Assembly (NCBI GenBank): GCA_965224705.1
Contig: OZ245056.1
Coordinates: forward strand, 1 to 64,000
Direction of reading: 5' to 3'
DNA from: Spirochaetaceae bacterium
GTDB lineage: Bacteria > Spirochaetota > Spirochaetia > DSM-2461
DNA: 64,000 nucleotides
Shown one piece after another: positions 17,369-26,937 of the stretch (positions are counted from its first letter, which is position 1; every line of letters starts with the position of its first letter). The notes beneath the pieces were generated by a model, which was given only the letters and a program-made list of their open reading frames with translations, did no database searches and was not told the DNA's origin. Made by a program: the position numbers and the translations under genes.

Positions 17369-19824
17369 ATGAAATGCTTTCCTTCATACTCACATTCACG
17401 GCATCACTGCCACTGTCCGTAAAAATCATCGGATTGACAGCTGCAGTAACAGGAGTTTCCATATTGATTCTCCACCGATATTCACCATCTTCATTCAGCA
17501 ACCGGAATCGTCATCAAAGCCTGGAACATCTCATCAAAAAACTGAACCGATGGAAACGGTTGCAGGATGCTCAAAGTCTTCTCCAATTGGATGATTTCCA
17601 GGGCGCTTATCCCGTCTTCCTGGCTGCACTGAAGGATAAACACATTGCCGGGGTATTCAGTGAATGGCTGGAAGAAACACCCGGAATAACAGCCATTCGT
17701 ACAATGGCTGTTTCTGGAAAAGGACGGAATTTTGATGGAAGGAAAGCCAGAGAACTTCTGGACAATGCAATTGACCGTGTTAGAGAGATTTCAGGTGACC
17801 CTGAATGGCCGGCAAGATACTTTGCCCTGTGCGTATTATTGGGAGATGAAGATACCCAGGCACAACGACTGGTGTCTGAGGCATTTCATGATTCACACCC
17901 GCTTTTACGCCAAACGGCTGTAACTGAAGCCAGGATGGATTCAGATGAATTATTCAATCATCTCATTTCCATAGCCCTGGATGATCCTGTTCCAGAAGTA
18001 CGCCGATGTGCCAGGAACAGAATAGACCTGGACTTTCCAAATCGTTGGAAACTCAACCTGGACAGGTTGAATTCTCATCAATACATTCATGTACTTGAAC
18101 AACTGAGAACCGAGTCCAGAGAGGATGAGAATGCAGCTGTTCATGCTCTCTCAGGAAGCTTACCTGAACTCCAGATGACTGCAGCTCAATTTCTTGAAAG
18201 ATCCGGGATGCTGGACAAAATCATAGCAGGTGCTGATCTGGGTGATATCGAAGATTGGAATCGTCGTTTTAACCTGCTTCATCACGCATTAGCAGTCGGT
18301 GTTACAGGTTTCCTTTCTGTACTGAAGTCCACAAAATCGAATGATGTGCAGATGATGGGTGCAAGACTGCTGCAAATTGATGGTGATGTAGAACTCATTG
18401 CTCCATTGGCGCAAAGGGTTTTTGCACACTGGAGACCTGGCTGTTCTGAATCCATGCAATTGTACAAAGAAGTTATTACTCTAATATGCAGTAGAGGACT
18501 TGAAAAATCCCAGTCCCTGTTAGGGATTGAGTTGAGAAAACAACGGTATCAGAACGATATTCTTGAATTCATTCTACCCAATCTTCCCCCTCATGCCGCT
18601 CCAGTTTACAGGGATATTCTACTGGAATTCCTTGTTGATCCCGTTTACTCTGCTGAAAAGGCCTATCTTGATATCATGTCCAGATTACCATATTCCATGT
18701 TCATCAATACTGTTCTTAACATCCTGGAATCTCACAGTGCAAAACCCCGTCCCGTGAGATTACGGGCATTGCGTGTTCTGGGGGTATGGCATCTTAATCA
18801 AAATCTTCAGACAGTCATTGAAAATCTCCCACTTCTATCTACCGAGCATTATCCTGATTTTATCAGGTATTTCTCTGCAGTGAATGAAGCGGTATTGATA
18901 GAAAGGGCATCATTTATTCTCGCCTCTCCTGATGTTGGTATAAGAGCCGCATTAATCTCCTGTTTACCCCAAAACTGCATTTCAGCTCTATCAGAGGAAA
19001 TTCGCTCAGGAATAAGGGACAGTAGTCCTGAGATAAGAATTGCAAGCGCGCGAGCTCTGTCGAGAATTAAAGGATTTCTTCCAGTGGAAGAATCAGTCCG
19101 GCTCCTCAAAGATCCTGTAGAAAGAGTTCGACAGGAATCGGCCATCCTGACAGGTACAACTTCACCCAGGAACATCCTTGAAACACTCGAGCAGATTCTT
19201 TGGAGTACGGATGAATCAATTGAGACGAAAAAGGCAGTTTTAACAAGTCTATCTGTCGACTCCAGAATTCGATCAATTGAAATTCTGGTGCATTTCCTCG
19301 ACCAGGGCAATATCCTTGAAAAAGATGTCCTGGCTGCTTTAACGGTGAAGACCTGTCCCAAGTCACTTATAAGACTGGCCAAGTATTTCCAGCATTCAAA
19401 TTCTGTTCTTAAAAATAAACTGATCAAAGTATTCACAGCCATGGGGAAAGATTGTGAAAAGGAATTAGCACTCATGCTGCGTGAGATTACACCAAACCTC
19501 AAGCCATTTCTGGTGAATGTTCTGACAAGTATTGGATATGTGGAAACTCTTATTCACCGTCTTGGAAATCGATCCCCTGCAATCAGGCGGGAAGCTGCAG
19601 AACTTCTGTCCATTATCGGCACGGAATCGGCATATCGAGGCATTGTACTCGCAGTAAGAGATCCTGATACTGGAGTAAGGATACATGCAGTCAAAGCTCT
19701 CGAAGCACTGGCGAATCAGGACAGCGAATTAATACTGAAATTCCTGAAGTATGATCCAGATAGAAAAGTTCGCCAGTACACCCAATGGGCAATGAAGCGC
19801 ATGGAAGCAAACAATATTCCCTGA
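17365..19824 (+). CDS. Membrane-anchored HEAT-repeat protein
   Basis: N-terminal TM helix; repeated D(P/S)xPxVRxxA motifs; ATGA coupling to the GAF gene. Confidence 0.85.
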   Translation: MNEMLSFILTFTASLPLSVKIIGLTAAVTGVSILILHRYSPSSFSNRNRHQSLEHLIKKLNRWKRLQDAQSLLQLDDFQGAYPVFLAALKDKHIAGVFSEWLEETPGITAIRTMAVSGKGRNFDGRKARELLDNAIDRVREISGDPEWPARYFALCVLLGDEDTQAQRLVSEAFHDSHPLLRQTAVTEARMDSDELFNHLISIALDDPVPEVRRCARNRIDLDFPNRWKLNLDRLNSHQYIHVLEQLRTESREDENAAVHALSGSLPELQMTAAQFLERSGMLDKIIAGADLGDIEDWNRRFNLLHHALAVGVTGFLSVLKSTKSNDVQMMGARLLQIDGDVELIAPLAQRVFAHWRPGCSESMQLYKEVITLICSRGLEKSQSLLGIELRKQRYQNDILEFILPNLPPHAAPVYRDILLEFLVDPVYSAEKAYLDIMSRLPYSMFINTVLNILESHSAKPRPVRLRALRVLGVWHLNQNLQTVIENLPLLSTEHYPDFIRYFSAVNEAVLIERASFILASPDVGIRAALISCLPQNCISALSEEIRSGIRDSSPEIRIASARALSRIKGFLPVEESVRLLKDPVERVRQESAILTGTTSPRNILETLEQILWSTDESIETKKAVLTSLSVDSRIRSIEILVHFLDQGNILEKDVLAALTVKTCPKSLIRLAKYFQHSNSVLKNKLIKVFTAMGKDCEKELALMLREITPNLKPFLVNVLTSIGYVETLIHRLGNRSPAIRREAAELLSIIGTESAYRGIVLAVRDPDTGVRIHAVKALEALANQDSELILKFLKYDPDRKVRQYTQWAMKRMEANNIP

Positions 19825-19868
19825 TGATCAATTTGACTGAATGACGATTAACACGGGAATGAAGACTT

Positions 19869-19877
19869 TGCTATAAT
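19869..19877 (+). promoter_or_regulatory. Extended -10 promoter; likely leaderless dapL mRNA
   Basis: TGCTATAAT followed after 6 nt by the dapL ATG (19884); no SD. Confidence 0.65.
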
Positions 19878-19883
19878 GATCTA

Positions 19884-21116
19884 ATGGTTAAACTGAATAC
19901 AAATTATCAGGATCTTCAAAAGGCTTATCTTTTTGTTGAGATTGCCAACAGGGTTATGGCCCACTCGGCAAATCACCCGAAAAGAAACCTCATTAAACTT
20001 GGCATTGGAGATGTCAGTAGACCGCTGCCTCCAACAATTATAGAAGCCTTCCATAGAGGAGTGAATGAATCAGGATCGGCGTCCACATTTCGAGGATATG
20101 GCCCGGAGCAGGGATACTCTTTCCTCAGGGAAGCCATTGCAGAGTATGATTTTTTTGAGCGAGGATGTGATATTTCCGCTGATGAAATATTCATTTCTGA
20201 TGGAGCAAAATGCGATACCGGCAATTTTCAGGAGCTTCTTTCTATAGAAAACACAGTGGCCATCCCGGATCCAGTCTATCCTGTGTATGTCGATACAAAT
20301 GTGATGGCAGGTCGAGCCGGCAGCTTCAGGAATGGCCGCTATGATAAAATCGTTTACCTTGAAGGCAGGGAAGAAAATGGATTTGTGCCCATGCCGGATA
20401 CTTTGCCGCCAGAAGGTGCTGATCTGGTTTACCTGTGCTTCCCCAATAATCCCACAGGTGTAACTGCAACAAAAACGGAACTCACTCAATGGGTCGATTG
20501 GGCACTTTCCAGGAACTCACTCATTCTATTTGATGCAGCCTATGAAGCCTTTATCTCAGATGAATCCACTCCAAAATCAATTTATGAGATTCCAGGAGCC
20601 GAAAAATGTGCTGTTGAGTTCAGGAGTTTCTCTAAAACAGCAGGATTCACCGGCACGCGATGTGCCTTCACCGTTGTTCCAACAGCGATAGAGTTTGATG
20701 GTATCAGTCTGCATGATCTCTGGAACAGAAGACAATCAACTAAATCCAATGGTGTATCTTATCCAGTTCAGGTGGCAGCAGCGGCAGTCTATTCTCCGGA
20801 AGGCCGGAGGGAAATTGAGGAATCAATCGATTACTATCTGGAGAACGCCAGGATTATGCGATCGGCCATGCAGAAAATCGGATTTGATGTCTGGGGAGGA
20901 ATCAACAGTCCCTATGTCTGGGTGAAAACTGGTCAGGATTCCTGGAAGACCTTCGACTTCCTTCTCAACGAAGCTGATATCGTTGTAACTCCAGGCAGCG
21001 GCTTTGGGCGCATGGGTGAGAATTACATACGTATAAGTGCATTCAATGACAGAGATGCAATCAACGAAGCCGCATTCCGCATATCCCGGCTTCTTCTGGA
21101 TTCACAGATCATATAA
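19884..21116 (+). CDS. dapL: LL-diaminopimelate aminotransferase
   Basis: YLF, LGIGD, GYGPEQG, SDGAKCD, CFPNNPTG, SFSKTAGFTGTRC. Confidence 0.95.
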   Translation: MVKLNTNYQDLQKAYLFVEIANRVMAHSANHPKRNLIKLGIGDVSRPLPPTIIEAFHRGVNESGSASTFRGYGPEQGYSFLREAIAEYDFFERGCDISADEIFISDGAKCDTGNFQELLSIENTVAIPDPVYPVYVDTNVMAGRAGSFRNGRYDKIVYLEGREENGFVPMPDTLPPEGADLVYLCFPNNPTGVTATKTELTQWVDWALSRNSLILFDAAYEAFISDESTPKSIYEIPGAEKCAVEFRSFSKTAGFTGTRCAFTVVPTAIEFDGISLHDLWNRRQSTKSNGVSYPVQVAAAAVYSPEGRREIEESIDYYLENARIMRSAMQKIGFDVWGGINSPYVWVKTGQDSWKTFDFLLNEADIVVTPGSGFGRMGENYIRISAFNDRDAINEAAFRISRLLLDSQII

Positions 21117-21181
21117 GAGGTAAGCAGAGAGTTCCTGGCTTTTCCGCCGCTGTAGACATGCGGAAACTTCTTCGTTGTTTT

Positions 21182-21559
21182 CTAAATCTGTTTATCCCCT
21201 GCATCTCGATGAACAATATGGTGACCAAAAGCCGGAAGGCAGACTGCGATGTATTCTGCACCGCCTTCCCATGGAGTACTGTATCGTATCCATTCATTTC
21301 TTTGTGCGAAAAATCCCTGGTCTTTCCGAACTTCCATAGTCTCCTTCCTCGTTTCAACCCTCAATCGGCCTTTAAGCACAACTGTGTATTCATCGAATTG
21401 AGCTTTTTGACCGCCTTCTTCCCATCCCTCTTCGCTCACCATTCTTGCAATACTGACATCTTTGTCCTGAGTATTCACCCGTCCAAAAAACTCCTGAATC
21501 AGCTTCCTTTCGGTGCCGACAGCTTCAATAATTGATGGTTTTTCAATTAATTTCGTCAT
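21182..21559 (-). CDS. Cupin-domain protein (EutQ-like)
   Basis: IQEFFGRVN, WEEGGQ..FDEYTVVLKG, YIAVCLPAF. Confidence 0.8.
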   Translation of the reverse strand: MTKLIEKPSIIEAVGTERKLIQEFFGRVNTQDKDVSIARMVSEEGWEEGGQKAQFDEYTVVLKGRLRVETRKETMEVRKDQGFFAQRNEWIRYSTPWEGGAEYIAVCLPAFGHHIVHRDAGDKQI

Positions 21560-22505
21560 TTTCTTCCATCCTTCCAGACTGCTTATCCATGTTTTCTAAA
21601 GTAACCAGATCATAGGGGATCCAGTTATTTTTTACGACTGATTCATTTTTTAAGATTTTGAGAGCTGTATCCATCCCTGTAAAACCCTGAACATAGGTAT
21701 TTTCCTTCACAGAAGCATCAAGCCCTTTACCCAGAAACTTTAATGAATCAGGATCCGAATTAATTCCAACTATGAGAATATCGTCATCGGCAACACCAAC
21801 ACCCTGGCTTGCCAGAAGAGCCCCAATTCCCATCTCGTCATTACTACAGATGACAGCGTCAAGGATGATGTTTCCTGAAAACCATTTCTCGGCTGTCTCC
21901 AGCCCCTTCACACGTTCCCAGCCCCCATCATCCTGATAAACAATTCTGAGACTAGTTTCTTTGATAGCTCTATTGTTTCCATTACGAATTGACTGAGCAT
22001 CTTCATCCTCAAGGTGGCCCTTAATAATCCCCACATTGCCGGAACCACCCAGTTTTTCACTCACCCACTCAATCTGCAGGACACCCGCATCAAAGGGATT
22101 TGATGCGACAAAGGCATCAATTTTGCTAATGAAGCTTTCATCTGGCAAGTGATTAACAACAACAATGGGAATTTCAATTTCTTCACAGAGTTCAATTGCA
22201 TTACTCAGCATACTTGAATTGAGTGGAAGTATTACGAAAGCAGCCATACCCCATTTCAACATCTTTTCAATACGGTCGATATGCGTATCATTGTTTCCAA
22301 CTTCTATTTTAGTCTTTACATCCCTGTTTTTGGCATCAAAATCTTTAATACCATCATATAAATCCTCCTGCCGTTTCTCAGTCATTTCAGCAAGAAATAC
22401 GCCTATTTTATACTTCCCTCCGTCACGGACATCCTGTCCGCCACTGGCAGATAATATTGAAGAAGTGAGATACAGCAGTACCAGTGTGAAGGAAAACCTA
22501 TACAT
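21543..22505 (-). CDS. Sugar ABC transporter substrate-binding protein (RbsB-like)
   Basis: Signal peptide ending ASGGQD; IPIVVVN, WERVKG, CSNDEMGIGA motifs; start placed at ATG 22505. Confidence 0.85.
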   Translation of the reverse strand: MYRFSFTLVLLYLTSSILSASGGQDVRDGGKYKIGVFLAEMTEKRQEDLYDGIKDFDAKNRDVKTKIEVGNNDTHIDRIEKMLKWGMAAFVILPLNSSMLSNAIELCEEIEIPIVVVNHLPDESFISKIDAFVASNPFDAGVLQIEWVSEKLGGSGNVGIIKGHLEDEDAQSIRNGNNRAIKETSLRIVYQDDGGWERVKGLETAEKWFSGNIILDAVICSNDEMGIGALLASQGVGVADDDILIVGINSDPDSLKFLGKGLDASVKENTYVQGFTGMDTALKILKNESVVKNNWIPYDLVTLENMDKQSGRMEENDEIN

Positions 22506-22629
22506 CAAAAACTCTCTTATATGATTATCAATCCAGGCGGACACAGCCATACAAGTCTTGACATATCCACCTGGTCAGATTACATTGTGCTGTCGTACGA
22601 AAAAAACCGACCTCTTCAATATAGTAAAC

Positions 22630-23277
22630 ATGAAGCAACAGATTCAACAGTATAATAGAATTCGCGAACTCTATTCCGATGCAGAAAAAACTGTTATTGA
22701 ATCAGAAAAATTTGATAAGGAAAAAGCATTTGGTATTGGAATTGTCGTATTCACATCCGATGAGGTGAATAAGAGCTTACTGCACACTGTCGAATTGCTT
22801 AAACAGGAAGATCCTGATCAGTTATACATACAGGATGATTATTTCCACATCACCTTGCAGCAGATTTCCGTGCTTCCAGCATACTTTGACAATTCAATTT
22901 ATGACAACCACATTGACCGGGTCAATTCAACTATAAGCAAAATTAAACCTTTCACGATAACATATAGGGGATTAAACAACTTTCCCAATGTAATATTTGC
23001 CCAGGTCTTTTCCAGAGACAATAATCTCTACTCCTTTCAGAAGAAGCTTGCAGAAGCCATACCCGGACAGGATTCCCAGCTGGCTTTCATCCCCCATGTC
23101 TCCGTTGTCAGGTTCACAAGAAAGCCAACCAGATTGCTCAAAGTAATTCCAAGATTTGGGAATGCTGATTTTGGCGACCAAACCGTGGATAGTATCGCAT
23201 TGGTAAAATGCAGGCTCCCTTTCAGAGGCGAGCATTACGAGATTATGCGGACTTTCAATCTTGGATCGGAGAATTGA
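22630..23277 (+). CDS. 2H phosphoesterase (2'-5' RNA ligase / LigT-like)
   Basis: Two Hx(S/T) motifs, FHITL and PHVSV. Confidence 0.8.
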   Translation: MKQQIQQYNRIRELYSDAEKTVIESEKFDKEKAFGIGIVVFTSDEVNKSLLHTVELLKQEDPDQLYIQDDYFHITLQQISVLPAYFDNSIYDNHIDRVNSTISKIKPFTITYRGLNNFPNVIFAQVFSRDNNLYSFQKKLAEAIPGQDSQLAFIPHVSVVRFTRKPTRLLKVIPRFGNADFGDQTVDSIALVKCRLPFRGEHYEIMRTFNLGSEN

Positions 23278-23794
23278 ATAAATCCCGGGAATAACAGTTT
23301 TCCAGTTCCAACAGTTTTTTCTTCATCTGCAATCCTCCACCGTAGCCGCCCAATTTTCCATTGCTTTCAATGATTCGGTGGCAGGGAATTATCACCGCTA
23401 TAGAATTGGCTCCATTAGCGGATGCCACAGCACGTACAGCTTTTTCTTTTCCAATATTTTTTGCTATTTGCAGATAAGTGGATGATGTTCCATAGGGAAC
23501 TTTCATAAGGGCTTCCCATACTCTCTTCTGAAAATCGGTTCCGCACAGAAGCAGGGGAATCTCAAACGATTTCCGATTCCCCATAAGATACTCATCAAGC
23601 TGCTTCCGTGTCATATCAAGGATGTCATTATTCCGTTCGATAAACTCAGCTTTGAGTCTCTTTTCAATTCGCCTGTTGATGGTACTTCTCATTTTCCTGT
23701 ACCTGAAGTCCAGTATGCAGAGCTTATCTTCAAAAGAACCCAATACGAGTTCTCCAATACTGGATTTATGGTACTGGATATCGACCTGATTCAT
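23255..23794 (-). CDS. ogt: Methylated-DNA-protein-cysteine methyltransferase
   Basis: GTDFQKRVW, RAVASA, IPCHRII, GGYGGG. Confidence 0.93.
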   Translation of the reverse strand: MNQVDIQYHKSSIGELVLGSFEDKLCILDFRYRKMRSTINRRIEKRLKAEFIERNNDILDMTRKQLDEYLMGNRKSFEIPLLLCGTDFQKRVWEALMKVPYGTSSTYLQIAKNIGKEKAVRAVASANGANSIAVIIPCHRIIESNGKLGGYGGGLQMKKKLLELENCYSRDLFNSPIQD

Positions 23795-25080
23795 AATGCT
23801 TCTCCATCATTTCTGTCATACCCTGTCGATGCAATGTACTCTGACAAACGGCTGCAGTCATTTGGGCTGAGACGGGCCGTAATCCTGATTTCGTTCTCAC
23901 CATATTCTTCGCTGAGAACAGTTGAATCCTGATGCAGCTTCGAACGCATATCCCACCTGCTTTGCGGGATACGCAGTACAACCATTGGCCGTGCCCTGTC
24001 CAGGGTTTCACTCAGTTTCATCAGGAGTTCCTGCAAACCTGAACCCGTATGGGCCGATACCATCAATCCTGTTCTGTAGCACATTCTCAGTCTGTTTATA
24101 TCTTCAGGATTCAAGGTATCAGTTTTATTGAAAACAAGCAAGTGAGGTGTGTTTCCGGCTCCCAGTTCTTCCAGAACACTTTCAGTTACCTTGATATGCT
24201 GATCAAGTTCAGGACTTCCAGCATCAACAACATGCAGGATTACATCGGCCAGAGTGGCCTCTTCCAGAGTGGAACGAAAGGCATCAATGAGATCGTGAGG
24301 GAGTTTCCTTATGAAACCAACGGTATCGGTCAGCAGGATTTCCCTCCCTCCTGTCATTTCCATGCGTCTGGTGGTGGGATCCAGGGTAGCGAAGAGCTTG
24401 TTCCTGACATAGACATTCGAACCGCAGATGGCATTGAGCAGGCTTGACTTGCCCGCATTCGTATAACCAACCAGTGAAACCGAGGGGATGGGTTTATCCA
24501 TGCGTTTCCTGCGGCGTACTTCCCTCTGCTCCCTCAGTTTAATCAATTTGCGTTTCAATTGGGCGATTTTATCAAGAACCAGACGGCGGTCGGTTTCCAA
24601 CTGTGTTTCACCCTTACCCCGGTTGCCTCTGGATCCTCCACGCTGACGTGACAAATGAGTCCAGGCTCGAGTAAGGCGGGGTAGACTGTATTGCATTCGT
24701 GCCAGGGCAACCTGCAGAACAGCCTCCCTGGTCAGGGCCCTGTCTGCGAAGATATCAAGAATCACTTCCCGGCGGTCAATAACCGCTGTATTCCATTCTT
24801 TTTCGAGGTTCCGCTGCTGGGCCGGTGACAAATCTGCATCAAAAACAACAAGATCAATGTGTTCAGCATGCAGACTGCGAGCTATTTCATCAACCTTCCC
24901 CTTCCCCAACAGCCATCGCGGATGGGGTTCCCTTAGATTTATGACAAGACTGACAGCCGTTTTGATTCCAAGAGATCGGACAAGGCCTGTCAGTTCATCG
25001 ACATGAGCCACGGCCTCCTGTCTGCTTTCTGTCTTTTCCATTATCCCGATGAGCAGTGCCTGTTCACACATCCGGGACAT
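23791..25080 (-). CDS. hflX: Ribosome-splitting GTPase HflX (exact start uncertain)
   Basis: GYTNAGKSSL, LFATLDPT, DTVGFI, AFRSTLEE, NKTD. Confidence 0.95.
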   Translation of the reverse strand: MSRMCEQALLIGIMEKTESRQEAVAHVDELTGLVRSLGIKTAVSLVINLREPHPRWLLGKGKVDEIARSLHAEHIDLVVFDADLSPAQQRNLEKEWNTAVIDRREVILDIFADRALTREAVLQVALARMQYSLPRLTRAWTHLSRQRGGSRGNRGKGETQLETDRRLVLDKIAQLKRKLIKLREQREVRRRKRMDKPIPSVSLVGYTNAGKSSLLNAICGSNVYVRNKLFATLDPTTRRMEMTGGREILLTDTVGFIRKLPHDLIDAFRSTLEEATLADVILHVVDAGSPELDQHIKVTESVLEELGAGNTPHLLVFNKTDTLNPEDINRLRMCYRTGLMVSAHTGSGLQELLMKLSETLDRARPMVVLRIPQSRWDMRSKLHQDSTVLSEEYGENEIRITARLSPNDCSRLSEYIASTGYDRNDGEAL

Positions 25081-25111
25081 TGGAACCCTTCCATTCAGTT
25101 CAGCAGGAATG

Positions 25112-25327
25112 CTATGCACTCTCAGTCTCAAGTGTATGGGGAACTCTGCTTACAAGCTCCTGTATTTCATCACTGATCCGGCGGTAGAAGTTGAATTTCC
25201 CTTCCCCACCTACAAAGTCTTTGGAGGAAATTCGGCATTGTTTCTTATACTGGATGCCGTCCGCCATCTGACTCCGACAGGAACTGCCCGTACAGGGAAA
25301 CTGTATGCTGAGCCGCCGATTATTCAC
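25112..25327 (-). pseudogene. arsC: Internally deleted arsenate reductase (ArsC, LMW-PTP family) remnant
   Basis: IQFPCTGSSCRSQMADG resembles the ArsC P-loop (LCTGNSCRSQMAEG) and FYRRISDEI the C-terminal helix, but only 71 aa long. Confidence 0.7.
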
Positions 25328-26364
25328 TGGAACAGTACCAGGTATTCCCCATAGCCTTCAGCTTCCATTTTATCTTTTGGAACGAATCTCATGGATGCCG
25401 AATTGATGCAATAGCGTAATCCGCCTTCTTCCCGGGGGCCATCATTAAAAACATGGCCTAAGTGAGAATCGGCATTTTTGCTTCGAACCTCGGTCCTCAC
25501 CGAAAAAAGTTTTCTATCTGTCTTACTGACGAGGAAGTTAATATCAATAGGCCGGGTGAATGATGGCCACCCGGTCCCTGAGTCATATTTATCCGTCGAA
25601 GAAAACAAGGGCTCACCTGAGATGATATCGACATAAATCCCATCCTCATGGTTATCCCAGTATTCACCGGTAAAAGCCCGTTCCGTACCATCTTCCTGAG
25701 TCACCCTGTACTGAAGATCAGTTAGCTGAGATCTCAGCTCCCTGTCGGTTGGTTTTTTATTCATTTTCCATCTCTCATTCTCCCAGACAGATGTCAGATA
25801 TCCTTTTCTATTCGAACCTTCGTAATAGGCATAGTATCGTTCAGGATTCTTCCTGTAGAAATCCTGATGGTATTCTTCGGCCTCATAAAATGGCGATAAC
25901 GGCAGTATCTCCGTTACAATTTCTTTGTCAAACCTTCCAGTTGCAGACAGCCTTTGTCGGGATTCTTCTGCCAGAAGCTTCTCAGCCTGACTGGAGAAAA
26001 ACACAGCTGTCTGATACTGTTGGCCCCTATCGTAAAACTGTCCATACCGGTCCGTTGGATCAATATTTCGCCAAAAAACATCCAGTAATTCCTTATAGGA
26101 AATTATCTCATCGTCATAACTGACTCTTACTGCTTCGTAATGCCCTGTACCGCCATTAACCACCTGTTCATAGGTTGGATCTTTTACCTTCCCTCCTGTG
26201 TAACCGCTCACAACAGATTTAACTCCCCGCAGAGATTCAAAAGGAGGTTCAAGGCACCAGAAGCACCCACCAGCAAAAACTGCTTCCTGCACCTCTGCTG
26301 ACAGAACTTGAATTGAGCATAATCCAGATACAGCAGCAAATAACAATGCCGAATACTTTTTCAT
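25324..26364 (-). CDS. msrAB: Exported bifunctional methionine sulfoxide reductase MsrA/MsrB
   Basis: Signal peptide from ATG 26364 with [42 protein letters not shown]. Confidence 0.95.
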   Translation of the reverse strand: MKKYSALLFAAVSGLCSIQVLSAEVQEAVFAGGCFWCLEPPFESLRGVKSVVSGYTGGKVKDPTYEQVVNGGTGHYEAVRVSYDDEIISYKELLDVFWRNIDPTDRYGQFYDRGQQYQTAVFFSSQAEKLLAEESRQRLSATGRFDKEIVTEILPLSPFYEAEEYHQDFYRKNPERYYAYYEGSNRKGYLTSVWENERWKMNKKPTDRELRSQLTDLQYRVTQEDGTERAFTGEYWDNHEDGIYVDIISGEPLFSSTDKYDSGTGWPSFTRPIDINFLVSKTDRKLFSVRTEVRSKNADSHLGHVFNDGPREEGGLRYCINSASMRFVPKDKMEAEGYGEYLVLFQ

Positions 26365-26378
26365 ATAACATCCTCCCA

Positions 26379-26558
26379 GGAGTCTGTCGGACTTACGCCT
26401 CACGGCTCGAAGTCTTAAAGTTCGACAGACTCCCAGGAGCCTGTCGGACCTGCGCCTCACGGCTCGATTTTTGCCCTTCCCTCCAGAAGCAAGCCTCCTG
26501 TCTGATTCTTCCGAGCCGCCTTCGTTTGTTTTTGTCACCTTAAAGCCCGACAGACTCC
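26379..26558 (+). repeat. Tandem pair of family-1 MITE units (55 bp + 123 bp)
   Basis: Units 26379-26433 and 26436-26558, each bounded by GGAG(T/C)CTGTCGGAC...CGACAGACTCC and joined by CA. Confidence 0.88.
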
Positions 26559-26697
26559 TGAAATGTTTCGGACTTCAAGCTGACTGAATACACTCATGTA
26601 CACAATCATTCTGACGAAAAACTCCATTTATTGCAAACCCTCAACGGACGCGTTTCCCTGAGAACTGTCCGGGAGAATCTAACAGAGACTGCTTATT

Positions 26698-26925
26698 TCA
26701 GGCCTTTTTCACCACTATCCTCCACCCGTCTGGTATCCGGGTAACAGAGAAGACCTCATGGCCTTCCAGTTCCATGGATTTCGGCACATTGGCAGCACTC
26801 TCACCATTATCCACAATGAGGGCGAGTACTTGTCCTTTCTCCATTGTTTCAATTTCCAGTTTACTCTTCACAAATGTATAGGGACAAACATCCCCCGACA
26901 GGTTTATTTCACGATCATATTCCAT
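26698..26925 (-). CDS. TusA/YeeD-family sulfur carrier
   Basis: 75 aa; NLSGDVCPY motif, LIVD, NVPKS. Confidence 0.9.
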   Translation of the reverse strand: MEYDREINLSGDVCPYTFVKSKLEIETMEKGQVLALIVDNGESAANVPKSMELEGHEVFSVTRIPDGWRIVVKKA

Positions 26926-26937
26926 CTGAAGCCTGCT

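Noticed and set aside
18849..19502. 217-aa antisense ORF and the many similar shadow ORFs
   Set aside because: They lie within well-supported genes and show no recognisable motifs
26365..26538. 58-aa N-terminal extension of MsrAB
   Set aside because: It is translated MITE sequence; the real start at 26364 has an SD and a signal peptide
26379..26558. CRISPR array (palindromic repeats with variable spacers)
   Set aside because: Units are bounded by inverted repeats, interiors recur at other loci and range from 55 to 163 bp, and no cas genes are present
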